A stretch of DNA of 64,000 nucleotides, from assembly GCA_963752125.1 (NCBI GenBank), contig CAVVXG010000035.1:18139-82138 (forward strand), given 5' to 3'. This DNA is from an uncultured Pseudomonadota bacterium (lineage in GTDB: Bacteria; Pseudomonadota; Gammaproteobacteria; Steroidobacterales; Steroidobacteraceae). Numbering within the stretch: the first letter of the stretch is position 1; every line of letters begins with the position of its first letter. Both the position numbers and the translations under genes were made by a program. Under the pieces are notes generated by a model. That model saw only the letters and a list, made by a program, of their open reading frames with translations. It was not told the DNA's origin and did no database searches. Below are positions 33,428-42,859 of the stretch, piece by piece.

Positions 33428-34033
33428 CTACTGGGTCAGGAAGGGGAGCCCGTGGCTCGCCGAAGCCATGCACATCAGCATGGGAATCGAGAGCACGAAG
33501 TTCACCCGCGAGGCCAGCAGTGCCACGCGTCGGGCCTTGGCCTTCTCCTCGTCGGTCGCGGGCACGATGCCGAGGATTTTCTTCTGCATCCGCCAGATTA
33601 CGCCCCACACATTCAACAGCATGATGGTGCCCAACCAGGCGCCGATGCCGATGATCAGATAGTAGTGGGTGGGATCGTCCAGCCCCGCGCCGAGCGTGAA
33701 AGCGCCCACGAACTTCGGCCCCAGAAGCCACGCCCCTCCGAGCCAGGTCGCGACCGCCGTCCAGCGGAACCAGAACAGTGCCCGCGGGGCCACATATTTG
33801 TTGATGGCTGCGCCGCCTGGGCCAGCCTTGTCGGCCGCGGCATCGGCCATGGCCGGGGTCTGCGCTACGTTGAAGTAGTACAGCAGCCCGATCCAGAACA
33901 CGCCCGAGACAATATGGAACCAGCGCGCGAGCCCGAGCTGGTTGAAATGAGCGCCCCCGATCCCCAAAGCGAGGAGCACGGCGAGCACGATACCCAGAAT
34001 CAGAGAGTTACGATGGTTGTTCAATGGATTCAT
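33428..34033 (-). CDS. Integral membrane protein (possibly PuuD N-terminal-domain-like; low certainty on family)
   Basis: 201 aa, multiple TM segments, WFHIVSGVFWIGLLYYFN motif. Confidence 0.55.
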   Translation of the reverse strand: MNPLNNHRNSLILGIVLAVLLALGIGGAHFNQLGLARWFHIVSGVFWIGLLYYFNVAQTPAMADAAADKAGPGGAAINKYVAPRALFWFRWTAVATWLGGAWLLGPKFVGAFTLGAGLDDPTHYYLIIGIGAWLGTIMLLNVWGVIWRMQKKILGIVPATDEEKAKARRVALLASRVNFVLSIPMLMCMASASHGLPFLTQ

Positions 34034-34284
34034 GAGTTTCCCTTGTTTCGCTGCGGGTCAGAAAAGGCCGGCGGAGTTAGCCTGCGAGGGCCCAGCCAGC
34101 GTGGCCTGGCCTACGCGACCCCGTCTAAAGTCTGTCCAAGCTCTTGTTTTCATTGGCCCCTGGGAGGTGCCGAGTGAGTTTGAAGAATAGGCTACACCCC
34201 CTCATAATTCAACGCCGCAACGCTCCGGCTGACGGCGGTCGGGCCGCGTAGGCGCGGCCACGAGTGGTATGCCATGATGGGTGC

Positions 34285-34497
34285 ATGCGGCAAAGTGACG
34301 CGTTGGCGGAGCGGCAGGAACGTCCGCCTTCCCCGTGCATCAAGGTCTGCGCGTTGGACGCGCAGGGGTACTGTTCCGGCTGCCTGCGGACGGGCGCGGA
34401 AATAGGTCAATGGTTGTCCATGAGCCCCGCCGAACAATGGCAGCTCATGGCGGAGTTGGCGCTACGCCGCCGGCTCCGGGGTTCTACACAGAGGTAA
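34285..34497 (+). CDS. DUF1289-domain protein
   Basis: ...SPCIKVCALDAQGYCSGCLRTGAEIGQW..., the characteristic Cys pattern. Start at ATG 34285 or GTG 34264. Confidence 0.7.
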   Translation: MRQSDALAERQERPPSPCIKVCALDAQGYCSGCLRTGAEIGQWLSMSPAEQWQLMAELALRRRLRGSTQR

Positions 34498-34503
34498 TTT
34501 TTG

Positions 34504-34830
34504 ATGGACGTCGTCGAGCGAATCAAAGCCGAGCTGACATCAGCTCCCGTAGTGCTGTTCATGAAGGGCACGCCAGACTTTCCTCAATGCGGATTCTCGG
34601 CGCAGACCGTGCAGGCCCTGCGCGCCATTGGGGCTGAGTTCAAGCACATCAACATTTTCGAGGAGCCGGAGATACGTGAGGCTCTGAAGCGCTACTCGAA
34701 CTGGCCAACTTATCCGCAGCTCTACGTGAACGGCGAGCTGGTCGGCGGCTGCGACATCGCTCTCGAGATGTACCGCAGCGGCGAGTTGAAGAAGCTGTTG
34801 AGTGAAGCGGGCGCCACCGCGGCGGCTTGA
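34504..34830 (+). CDS. grxD: Monothiol glutaredoxin (Grx4 family)
   Basis: ...VVLFMKGTPDFPQCGFSAQTVQAL...NWPTYPQLYVNGELVGGCDI. Confidence 0.9.
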   Translation: MDVVERIKAELTSAPVVLFMKGTPDFPQCGFSAQTVQALRAIGAEFKHINIFEEPEIREALKRYSNWPTYPQLYVNGELVGGCDIALEMYRSGELKKLLSEAGATAAA

Positions 34831-35045
34831 TCCACAGACAGCGTGCGGCGGGCAGAAACTCCGTTTTTCGCCCGGGCGCGTAGCTGGCGGGTGACGAAGT
34901 GATGTCCACTCGAAGCCGCGCCACGTGACCGCGGGTTGAGCGACGTACTGGTGCACACGGGCAAAAACCACGCTTTTTGCTCGTCGCCGAATCGAAGTGG
35001 CGCGTACGTCCGCTCAAAGCGCCGCAGGCGACTTTGAGCCCATAG

Positions 35046-35801
35046 CTAAGCCAATGGCGGTAGAGCGGGGGCAGGCGCTTCCGTTTCCATTTGCCCTTCT
35101 TCCCCGACTTCCGTGGTCGCGGCGGTCATCCAGCCCAGCGCGCAAGCTCTCTCCTCCGCCGCCCGGAAGCTGTCGCGCAGCCGGTTGGAGATGATGCAAA
35201 ACAGATCAGCAGTGAGCTCGGCATCGTAAGCCGCGGAGTGCGCGCTGCTCGAGTCCCACTTGAGCCCAGCGACGGTGACCGCTTTGGCCAACACGGTTTG
35301 TCCGAGCGCCGCCCCCGCCAAGGTCGCTGTATCGAAACATGAGAACGGATGGAAGGGATTGCGCTTCACATCCGCGCGCGTAACGGCGGTGTTCAGGAAG
35401 CCGAGGTCGAATGCAGCGTTATGTCCAACGAGAATCGCACGCCGGCAGTTATAGTCGCGTACGGCGTGACGAATTTCGCGAAAAATCCGCTGTAGCGCAT
35501 CCCGCTCAGGCAAAGCTGGACGCAAGGGATGGTGGGGATCAATGCCAGTGATGCTCAGTGAAGCAGGATCTATCCGGCCACCCTCGAACGGCTTGACGTG
35601 ATAGTTGTAGGTCTGCCCTCGGCGCAGCGTACCGTCGGGGTCCATCTCGATGAGTACCGCGGCGACCTCCAACAATGCATCGGTAGCAGCGTGAAAACCG
35701 CCCGTTTCCACATCGATGACCACGGGTAGAAAGCCTCGGAAACGTCTCGCCATCAGGCGACCCGTCGCCAAGCGTTGGGCCATCAACTCAGCCTCGTTCA
35801 T
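35046..35801 (-). CDS. rnt: Ribonuclease T
   Basis: ...[16 protein letters not shown]...[14 protein letters not shown]...AHSAAYDA (DEDDh exonuclease motifs). It has an approximately 35-aa C-terminal extension. Confidence 0.85.
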   Translation of the reverse strand: MNEAELMAQRLATGRLMARRFRGFLPVVIDVETGGFHAATDALLEVAAVLIEMDPDGTLRRGQTYNYHVKPFEGGRIDPASLSITGIDPHHPLRPALPERDALQRIFREIRHAVRDYNCRRAILVGHNAAFDLGFLNTAVTRADVKRNPFHPFSCFDTATLAGAALGQTVLAKAVTVAGLKWDSSSAHSAAYDAELTADLFCIISNRLRDSFRAAEERACALGWMTAATTEVGEEGQMETEAPAPALPPLA

Positions 35802-35804
35802 CTA

Positions 35805-36842
35805 TTATTCTCCCGTGAGGCGCCAGGCAATGCGCTCGCCCGCCCGCAGGGGAACGAGCGTGGCGGAGCCGAATGGATATTGTGCCGGGACGTCCCATGC
35901 TTGTCTGACGAGGGTGACGCTTTCCGCGTTTCTCGGCAAGCCGTAGAAGTCGGCGCCGAATTGCGCGGCGAATCCCTCCAACCGCTCGAGTGCGCCAATG
36001 GCCTCGAAGGCCTCGGCGTAGAGCTCGATTCCCGCATGCGCTGAAAAGATCCCCGCGCAGCCGCACGCGGCCTCTTTGGTGTCGCGCGCGTGGGGCGCGC
36101 TGTCAGTGCCTAGAAAAAAGCGCGGATTGCCGCTGGCGAGCGCCTCGAGCAGCGCCCGGCGGTCCGGCTCGGTCTTCAGTACAGGCAGGCAGTAGTGATG
36201 CGGCCGTATTCCACCGGTGAATAAGGCGTTCCGGTTCATCAACAAATGTTGTGGGGTGAGGGTGGCGCCGACTCCGCCGCGCGTACCGAGCACGAAGTCC
36301 ACCGCCGCCCGCGTCGTGATGTGCTCGAAAACGATCTTGAGGCGTGCGAATCTCTCCACTGTCGGCGCCAGCACCGCATCGATGAAGCGAGCCTCGCGCT
36401 CGAACACGTCCACCTCCGGGTCGGTCACTTCACCGTGAACCTGGAGGATCATTCCCAACTCGCTCATGCGAGCCAACACGGAATCGATCTTGCGGATGTC
36501 GGTCACGCCCGCATCCGAGTGGGTCGTAGCCCCGGCCGGGTAAAGCTTGCAGCCGTGAATGACACCGCTCGCCTTCGCGCGATCGATCTCGGCAGGATCG
36601 GTGCGATCGGTCAGATACAGCGTCATCAGGGGCTCGAATTTCACCCCTGCCGGCACGGCGGCGAGTATCCGCTTGCGATAGGCCAACGCCTGCTCGGTTG
36701 TGGTGACCGGCGGCTTCAGGTTCGGCATCACGATGGCACGTGCAAAACGTGCGGCGGTAAAAGGCAACACCGCGTGCAACGCTGCGCCATCGCGCAGATG
36801 CAAGTGCCAATCGTCGGGGCGTTTGAGGGTAATGGTGTCCAA
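35805..36842 (-). CDS. pyrC: Dihydroorotase (homodimeric type)
   Basis: [19 protein letters not shown]...VMPNLKPP...[11 protein letters not shown]...FLGTDSAPH. Confidence 0.9.
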   Translation of the reverse strand: MDTITLKRPDDWHLHLRDGAALHAVLPFTAARFARAIVMPNLKPPVTTTEQALAYRKRILAAVPAGVKFEPLMTLYLTDRTDPAEIDRAKASGVIHGCKLYPAGATTHSDAGVTDIRKIDSVLARMSELGMILQVHGEVTDPEVDVFEREARFIDAVLAPTVERFARLKIVFEHITTRAAVDFVLGTRGGVGATLTPQHLLMNRNALFTGGIRPHHYCLPVLKTEPDRRALLEALASGNPRFFLGTDSAPHARDTKEAACGCAGIFSAHAGIELYAEAFEAIGALERLEGFAAQFGADFYGLPRNAESVTLVRQAWDVPAQYPFGSATLVPLRAGERIAWRLTGE

Positions 36843-36853
36843 GCGCTACTCTT

Positions 36854-38440
36854 TCAGGCAGACAACGACTCGAGAATGTTCTGTTTGAGGAGCAGCTGCA
36901 GCGCATACCGGACGCCGAAGCCTGTCACCTCGGTGTTGATATGTCCAAGCCCGCCGGTGCGTGTGGCAGCGGACAGATCCACGTGAGCCCAGGCGAGCCC
37001 CTCTGGCACGAAGCGACTCAGGAACCGCGCCGCCAGAATATGATCGCCCTTGCCCTCGAGCGCGCACTGCACGATATCCGCCACCTTGCTCTCGAGATCC
37101 GAGTCATAGTCGGCGTCGAAGGGGAAATTCCAGACCCGCTCACCGCTGGCCCGTCCGGCCTCGACCAGGTGCTGCGCCAGAGCGGGGCGATTCGTGAACA
37201 CACCGCTCATTCTTTCCGTGAGCGCGTAGACGGCCGCTCCGGTGAGTGTGGCGAAGTCGAGCATGAGCTTTGGTTTAGTGCGCGCAGCCAATGCAAGGGT
37301 GTCGGCGAGCACCATACGACCTTCGGCGTCTGTATGGATAACCTGGATGGTGACGCCGTTGGCAGCCCGCACCACCTCCTGCGGCCTGTAGCCCTTGGGC
37401 CCGATGTTGTTCTCCGTGATCGCGAGCCATGCATCCGCCGCGAACGGCGCACGCAGCTCCGCGAGCGCGATCAACGTCGCGAGCGCCACTGCGCTGCCGC
37501 CCATGTCGGTGTGCATGTCGAGCATGGAGCGATGCGGCTTGAGGTTTACGCCACCCGTATCGAACAGGATGCCTTTGCCGATCAGGGCCAGATCGGGCGA
37601 GGTCGCTGCTTTGCGACGTCCGGGCCGGTATTGCAGATGAGCAATGCCGGCACCCGGTCGTTCGTTGGCGGCGGACACGGCAAGAAACGCGTTTGCCCCG
37701 GCTCGCCGCAATGCCTGCTCGTCGAGCCATTTGAAGCTCAGACCGTGCTTGCGCGCGAGTTCGCCAATCGCACGGCGATAGGCGGGAGCGTCCAGCATGT
37801 TGGGAGGTAGAGCCGTGAGCCAACGTGCGAGGTTAGTGCCCGCGGCTGAGGCGACCTCGTAGCGTAAGTCACCGCCGTCGTAGTCGTGCAAAACGATCTG
37901 TTTTGTTCGACGTTCGACTCCTGACGGCGCACGGTAGGCCGGTAGGGGAAACGCCTGCGCAAGAGCGGCGGCGAGGAGGGCATCCAGCGCAGCTTGTGCC
38001 GGCGCCGCTGCCGTTAATTTTCCGAATCCGAGAGCTCTCAATCCCAGCGTTTCCGGCTCACGCCCAGCGCTTTCCTTGAGCATCCGCCCCGCGAGCGCCA
38101 GCCTCTCGAAAGGGCTCGCGGTGGCCCCTATATACCCAAGTACGGCGAGTGTCTGCTGTCGATTGCTCAAAACCGTGGTGCGGACCGTTCCGGCCCGCGT
38201 CGGGCCGCGTGCGTTGAGCTCCTGCCAGCGCTCACTCTCCGGGAGTTGCCGGAAGAGCTCCTTTTCAGGGGACTCCGGTACGATCACCAGTAACGCATCC
38301 GGCTCGCCCGCGCCCGGGGTGCGGCTTTGGGCCGGGCGCGCAGTGATTTTCGGCGGGGGCGTAGTGGGTAGGAGAGAATTTCTGTCTTCTCTGGCGGCCT
38401 TCGATTTCACCTGACCTCTGGAGGATGCTTGCTTGACCAT
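36854..38440 (-). CDS. Leucyl aminopeptidase-family (M17) protein
   Basis: ...IGKGILFDTGGVNLKP...MDMHTDMGGSA...NTDAEGR.. (here IHTDAEGRMVLAD)...ATLTGA. Start uncertain because of the long N-terminal region. Confidence 0.8.
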   Translation of the reverse strand: MVKQASSRGQVKSKAAREDRNSLLPTTPPPKITARPAQSRTPGAGEPDALLVIVPESPEKELFRQLPESERWQELNARGPTRAGTVRTTVLSNRQQTLAVLGYIGATASPFERLALAGRMLKESAGREPETLGLRALGFGKLTAAAPAQAALDALLAAALAQAFPLPAYRAPSGVERRTKQIVLHDYDGGDLRYEVASAAGTNLARWLTALPPNMLDAPAYRRAIGELARKHGLSFKWLDEQALRRAGANAFLAVSAANERPGAGIAHLQYRPGRRKAATSPDLALIGKGILFDTGGVNLKPHRSMLDMHTDMGGSAVALATLIALAELRAPFAADAWLAITENNIGPKGYRPQEVVRAANGVTIQVIHTDAEGRMVLADTLALAARTKPKLMLDFATLTGAAVYALTERMSGVFTNRPALAQHLVEAGRASGERVWNFPFDADYDSDLESKVADIVQCALEGKGDHILAARFLSRFVPEGLAWAHVDLSAATRTGGLGHINTEVTGFGVRYALQLLLKQNILESLSA

Positions 38441-38619
38441 CGCGAATGAAACCCGGATCATTGCGCCGCTTGTATAGAGGCGAAATTTTCTCTCGCTACG
38501 TTGCTGCTGGCGCAGCCCATTTTAACGTCTTCGCGCGGCGCGCTCGCGACTACTTTCAGCGCAATGAAGCGCCCTCTATGTCGCCCACGAGCAGCGCAGT
38601 TGCGACTTGAGCGGACCGC

Positions 38620-41289
38620 ATGACTGACCTCCCTAAGCTGGAAGATCTCGACCCCGTTGAAACCCAGGAATGGCTCGAGTCGATCGACTCGGTCCTGAAG
38701 CTGCACGGTCCCGAGCGTGCGCACTTCATCCTGGAGCGCCTCATTGACTACACGCGCCGCAGCGGCGCCTACCTGCCATTCAAGCCGAACACGGCATACG
38801 TCAACACCATTCCCACCGGCCGCGAGCCCGAGTATCCGGGCAACCGCGCGCTCGAGCGGCGCAACGAAGCGTATATGCGCTGGAACGCGATGGCGATGGT
38901 CGTGCAGGCAAACCGCGTGTCCTCCGAGTACGGCGGGCATCTTTCCAGTTATGCCTCGTCGGCGACCTTGTACGAAGTCGGTTTCAACCACTTCTGGCGG
39001 GCCGCTTCCGACAAACATCCCGGCGACCTTGTTTTCATGCAGGGTCATTCCTCGCCCGGTATTTACGCGCGTGCTTATCTGGAAGGGCGTCTCAGTGAGG
39101 AGCAGCTGCGGCACTTCCGCCAGGAGGCGGGCGGCCCGGGCATAGGTCTTTCCTCCTATCCGCATCCGTGGCTGATGCCTGACTTCTGGCAGTTCCCCAC
39201 GGTGTCCATGGGCCTTGGTCCCATGATGGCGATCTTCCAGGCCCGCTTCATCCGCTATCTCGAGCACCGCGGCATGGCGAAACCCTCCGACCGCAAGGTC
39301 TGGGCGTTTCTGGGCGACGGCGAGATGGACGAGCCGGAGTCGATGGGAGCGCTCACCATGCCGGTGCGCGAGGGCCTCGACAATCTCATCTTCGTCATCA
39401 ACTGCAACCTGCAGCGTCTGGATGGCCCAGTGCGCGGCAACGGCAAGATCATCCAGGAGCTCGAGGCGGCCTTCCTCGGCGCGGGCTGGAATGTCATCAA
39501 GGTGCTGTGGGGCTCGCGTTGGGATCCATTGCTGGCGCGCGACACGAAAGGACTGCTGCGCCGTGTGATGGAGGAGTGCGTCGACGGCGAGTACCAGAAT
39601 TTCAAGGCCAAGGGCGGCGCCTATACGCGCGAGCACTTCTTCGGGAAGTATCCCGAGCTCAAGGCGATGGTGGCCAACATGTCCGATGAGGAGATCTGGC
39701 GCCTCAACCGCGGCGGTCACGATCCTCGCAAAATGTATGCGGCCTATGCGGCGGCGATGAGCCACAAGGGACAGCCGACGGTCATTCTGGCGAAGACCGT
39801 GAAGGGCTTCGGCTTAGGTAAAGGCGGCGAAGGACAGATGGTCGCCCACCAGCAGAAGAAGCTCTCCGAGGAAGACCTGAAGGCGTTCCGCGACCGGTTC
39901 AACATCCCGGTCGCCGATGAGGACATCGCGCGGCTGCCGTTCAAGAAGCCGGATGAGAGCTCCGATGAGGCGCGTTACCTGCGCGACAGGCGCGCAACGT
40001 TCGGCGGCTTTCTGCCGACGCGGCGTAAGCAGGCTCCGCCGCTTGCGATCCCACCGCTGGACGTGTTTCAACCGGTGTTGGAAGGTACGGGCGATCGCGA
40101 GATCTCCACGACCATGGCGTTCGTGCGTTTGCTGACGATCCTCCTGAAGGACAAGAATATCGGCAAGAACATCGTGCCGATCGTACCGGATGAGGCACGC
40201 ACCTTCGGCATGGAGGGCTTGTTCCGTCAGATTGGCATTTATTCCTCCGTCGGCCAGCTGTATACCCCGCAGGATGCGGAGACGCTGATGTCGTATCGCG
40301 AGGACAAGAAGGGCCAGATGATCGAGGAGGGCATCAACGAGGCCGGCTCGCTGTGCTCCTGGATCGCCGCGGGTACCGCTTACAGCAATCACGGCATCAA
40401 CATGGTGCCGTTCTACATCTACTATTCGATGTTCGGCTTCCAGCGCGTCGGCGATTTCATCTGGGCCGCCGGCGACATCCAGGCGCGCGGCTTCCTGTTG
40501 GGTGCCACCGCCGGGCGCACGACGCTCGCGGGCGAGGGCCTGCAGCACCAGGATGGACATAGTCAGCTTCTTGCGACGACGGTGCCGAATTGCGTCGCGT
40601 ACGATCCGACTTATGCGTACGAGCTTGCGGTGATTGTCCATGACGGCATGCGGCGCATGTTCGTCGACCAGGAAAACATCTTCTATTACCTCACGGTAAT
40701 GAACGAGAACTACCAGCAGCCGGCGCTGCCGCAGGGCGCTGAGCAGGGAATTCTCAAGGGTGGCTACCTGTTACAGGCCGGCGGACGCGGCAAAGTGCGC
40801 GCCACGCTGCTCGGTTCGGGCACCATCCTGCGCGAATGTCTGGCAGCGGCGAAGATCCTCGAGAACGACTACGGTATTCCGGCCGACGTGTTCTCGATCA
40901 CCAGTTTCAGCGAGCTGCGGCGTGAGGCGCTCGAGACCGAGCGTTGGAACCTGTTGCACCCTGCCGAGACAGCGCGCGCTCCGTATGTGTCGTCGCTGTT
41001 GAAAGAGCACCAGGGTCCGGTGATCGCGGCGACCGACTACATGCGCATCGTTCCGGACCAGATCCGTGAGTGGATCGGTGGCCGGTACATCACGTTGGGC
41101 ACTGACGGTTACGGCCGTTCCGACTCCCGTGCCGCCCTGCGTAAGCACTTCGAAGTCGATCGTAACTACATCGCGGTGGCCGCTCTCAAGGGCCTCGCCG
41201 ATGAAGGTAAGGTCGATCAAGCGACGCTCACCGGCGCGATGCAGGCGCTCGGCGTCGACTCCTCCAAGCCTGTACCCTGGAAAGTTTGA
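38620..41289 (+). CDS. aceE: Pyruvate dehydrogenase E1 component (homodimeric type)
   Basis: 889 aa: MTDLPKLEDLDPVETQEWLESIDSV...GGHLSSYASSATLYEVGFNHFWR...GDGEMDEPES... Confidence 0.95.
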   Translation: MTDLPKLEDLDPVETQEWLESIDSVLKLHGPERAHFILERLIDYTRRSGAYLPFKPNTAYVNTIPTGREPEYPGNRALERRNEAYMRWNAMAMVVQANRVSSEYGGHLSSYASSATLYEVGFNHFWRAASDKHPGDLVFMQGHSSPGIYARAYLEGRLSEEQLRHFRQEAGGPGIGLSSYPHPWLMPDFWQFPTVSMGLGPMMAIFQARFIRYLEHRGMAKPSDRKVWAFLGDGEMDEPESMGALTMPVREGLDNLIFVINCNLQRLDGPVRGNGKIIQELEAAFLGAGWNVIKVLWGSRWDPLLARDTKGLLRRVMEECVDGEYQNFKAKGGAYTREHFFGKYPELKAMVANMSDEEIWRLNRGGHDPRKMYAAYAAAMSHKGQPTVILAKTVKGFGLGKGGEGQMVAHQQKKLSEEDLKAFRDRFNIPVADEDIARLPFKKPDESSDEARYLRDRRATFGGFLPTRRKQAPPLAIPPLDVFQPVLEGTGDREISTTMAFVRLLTILLKDKNIGKNIVPIVPDEARTFGMEGLFRQIGIYSSVGQLYTPQDAETLMSYREDKKGQMIEEGINEAGSLCSWIAAGTAYSNHGINMVPFYIYYSMFGFQRVGDFIWAAGDIQARGFLLGATAGRTTLAGEGLQHQDGHSQLLATTVPNCVAYDPTYAYELAVIVHDGMRRMFVDQENIFYYLTVMNENYQQPALPQGAEQGILKGGYLLQAGGRGKVRATLLGSGTILRECLAAAKILENDYGIPADVFSITSFSELRREALETERWNLLHPAETARAPYVSSLLKEHQGPVIAATDYMRIVPDQIREWIGGRYITLGTDGYGRSDSRAALRKHFEVDRNYIAVAALKGLADEGKVDQATLTGAMQALGVDSSKPVPWKV

Positions 41290-41302
41290 GGGTCCCATCG
41301 CG

Positions 41303-42859
41303 ATGAACGCCGCTGTACGCCTCGTAGAAGTGCGTGTGCCCGACATGGGCAACTTCAAAGACGTCGCGGTGATCGACGTTCTTGTCAAACCTGGCGAGAG
41401 CATCGAGCCGGAAGCACCGCTTGTGACTCTCGAGACCGAGAAGGCGACGATGGATGTTCCATCCACCGCCAGCGGGATCGTCGAGAAGATCCATGTCGCC
41501 AAAGGCGGCACGGTGTCGACTGGCGATCTCATCGCGACGGTGAGAGCGCCGGCGGAGTCGGGTGCGGGCGGCGGCGATGCCGTGGCTGGTGGTGCGGCCT
41601 CTGGTGACGGTCGTTCCGTGCCGGCGGCTGGCGGTGGCGCGACGTCGGGTGGTAGCGCACCGGGCACAGGAGCCGGTAATGCTGCGTCTGGTGCTAAGGG
41701 CGCAGCGCCCGGTGCCGTTGGTGCGACGGCGCAAGGTGCGACTGCTCAGGGCGGCGCTGCGGGCGCGACACCGAGCTCTGCTGCGGTAGCACCTGACGGT
41801 ACAACTGGCGCGGCTTCGTCTGCGTCAGGGGCGTCTTCCGCGCCGCAGTCAGCTGCCTCGCCCGGCGCAACGGCGGGCGCGTTAACAAAAGCCGGTCTTG
41901 ACCTCCCTCCCATCAACGAGCCCGGCTTCTCGCGTGCCCACGCCGGACCGTCGGTTCGCAAGTTTGCGCGCGAGCTCGGCGTCGATCTGGCGCGGGTGAA
42001 GGGAAGCGGCTTCAAGGGCCGCATCACTCACGATGACGTCAAAGGCTTCGTAAAAGCCGCACTGGTAACACCCGCGGCTCCGGGAGCGGCGCGTGCACCC
42101 GGCGCAGGCGGCGGCGGTTTACCGACCATACCAGCGATCGACTTTGCCCAGTTTGGTCCGGTCGAGACCAAACCTCTGTCGCGCATCCAGAAGATCTCGG
42201 GTCCGCGCTTGCATGCGAGCTGGGTCAACATTCCGCACGTTACGCAATTCGATGAGGCGGACATCACCGATCTGGAGGCGACACGCAACCGGTTGAAGGA
42301 GAAGGCAGCGCAGGCAGGCATCAAGCTGACGCCGCTCGCCTTCGTCATCCGCGCCTGCGTCAAGGCGCTGCAGCAGTTTCCGCAATTCAACTCGTCGCTC
42401 GATCCGAGCGGCGCCAATCTCGTCTTCAAGAAATACATTCATATCGGGTTCGCAGCCGATACGCCTAACGGCCTGGTCGTTCCCGTTGTCCGCGATGCGG
42501 ACCACAAGGACATTTACAAGACCGCGCGTGAATTGGGCGAGCTTTCGGAAAAGGCGCGCGCGGGCAAGCTCACTCCTGGTGAGATGCAGGGCGGCTCCTT
42601 CACCATCTCGAGTCTCGGCGGAATCGGTGGCACGGCCTTCACGCCGATCATCAATGCACCGGAAGTTGCGATTCTTGGTGTGTCACGCTCTGCAATGAAA
42701 CCGGTCTATCGCGACGGTAATTTCGTGCCACGGTTAATGCTGCCGTTATCGCTCTCGTATGATCACCGGGTGATCGACGGAGCGGCGGCTGCTCGCTTTA
42801 CTACGTACCTGGCGGAGAGCCTTGCCAACGCGGCTGGCCTCATCGAGGCTGTGCCGTGA
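41303..42859 (+). CDS. aceF: Dihydrolipoyllysine-residue acetyltransferase (PDH E2), single lipoyl domain
   Basis: ATG 41303. Lipoyl motif LVTLETEKATMDVPS, a long Ala/Gly-rich linker, E3-binding domain AGPSVRKFARELGVDL, and catalytic ...LSLSYDHRVIDGA. Confidence 0.92.
   Translation: MNAAVRLVEVRVPDMGNFKDVAVIDVLVKPGESIEPEAPLVTLETEKATMDVPSTASGIVEKIHVAKGGTVSTGDLIATVRAPAESGAGGGDAVAGGAASGDGRSVPAAGGGATSGGSAPGTGAGNAASGAKGAAPGAVGATAQGATAQGGAAGATPSSAAVAPDGTTGAASSASGASSAPQSAASPGATAGALTKAGLDLPPINEPGFSRAHAGPSVRKFARELGVDLARVKGSGFKGRITHDDVKGFVKAALVTPAAPGAARAPGAGGGGLPTIPAIDFAQFGPVETKPLSRIQKISGPRLHASWVNIPHVTQFDEADITDLEATRNRLKEKAAQAGIKLTPLAFVIRACVKALQQFPQFNSSLDPSGANLVFKKYIHIGFAADTPNGLVVPVVRDADHKDIYKTARELGELSEKARAGKLTPGEMQGGSFTISSLGGIGGTAFTPIINAPEVAILGVSRSAMKPVYRDGNFVPRLMLPLSLSYDHRVIDGAAAARFTTYLAESLANAAGLIEAVP

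Noticed and set aside
38458-39765. 435-aa minus-strand ORF antisense to aceE. Likewise 39814-40641, 40771-41667 and 43285-44373 opposite aceE, aceF and lpdA.
   Set aside because: They lie inside unmistakable PDH genes and have no motifs of their own.
41560-41900. Repetitive-looking GC-rich DNA in the aceF linker, considered as tandem repeats or a CRISPR-like array. Similar stretches occur at 43080-43420 in lpdA and 49000-49200 in metG.
   Set aside because: There is no fixed period and no repeat-spacer structure. The stretches are in frame and encode Ala/Gly/Ser/Thr interdomain linkers.
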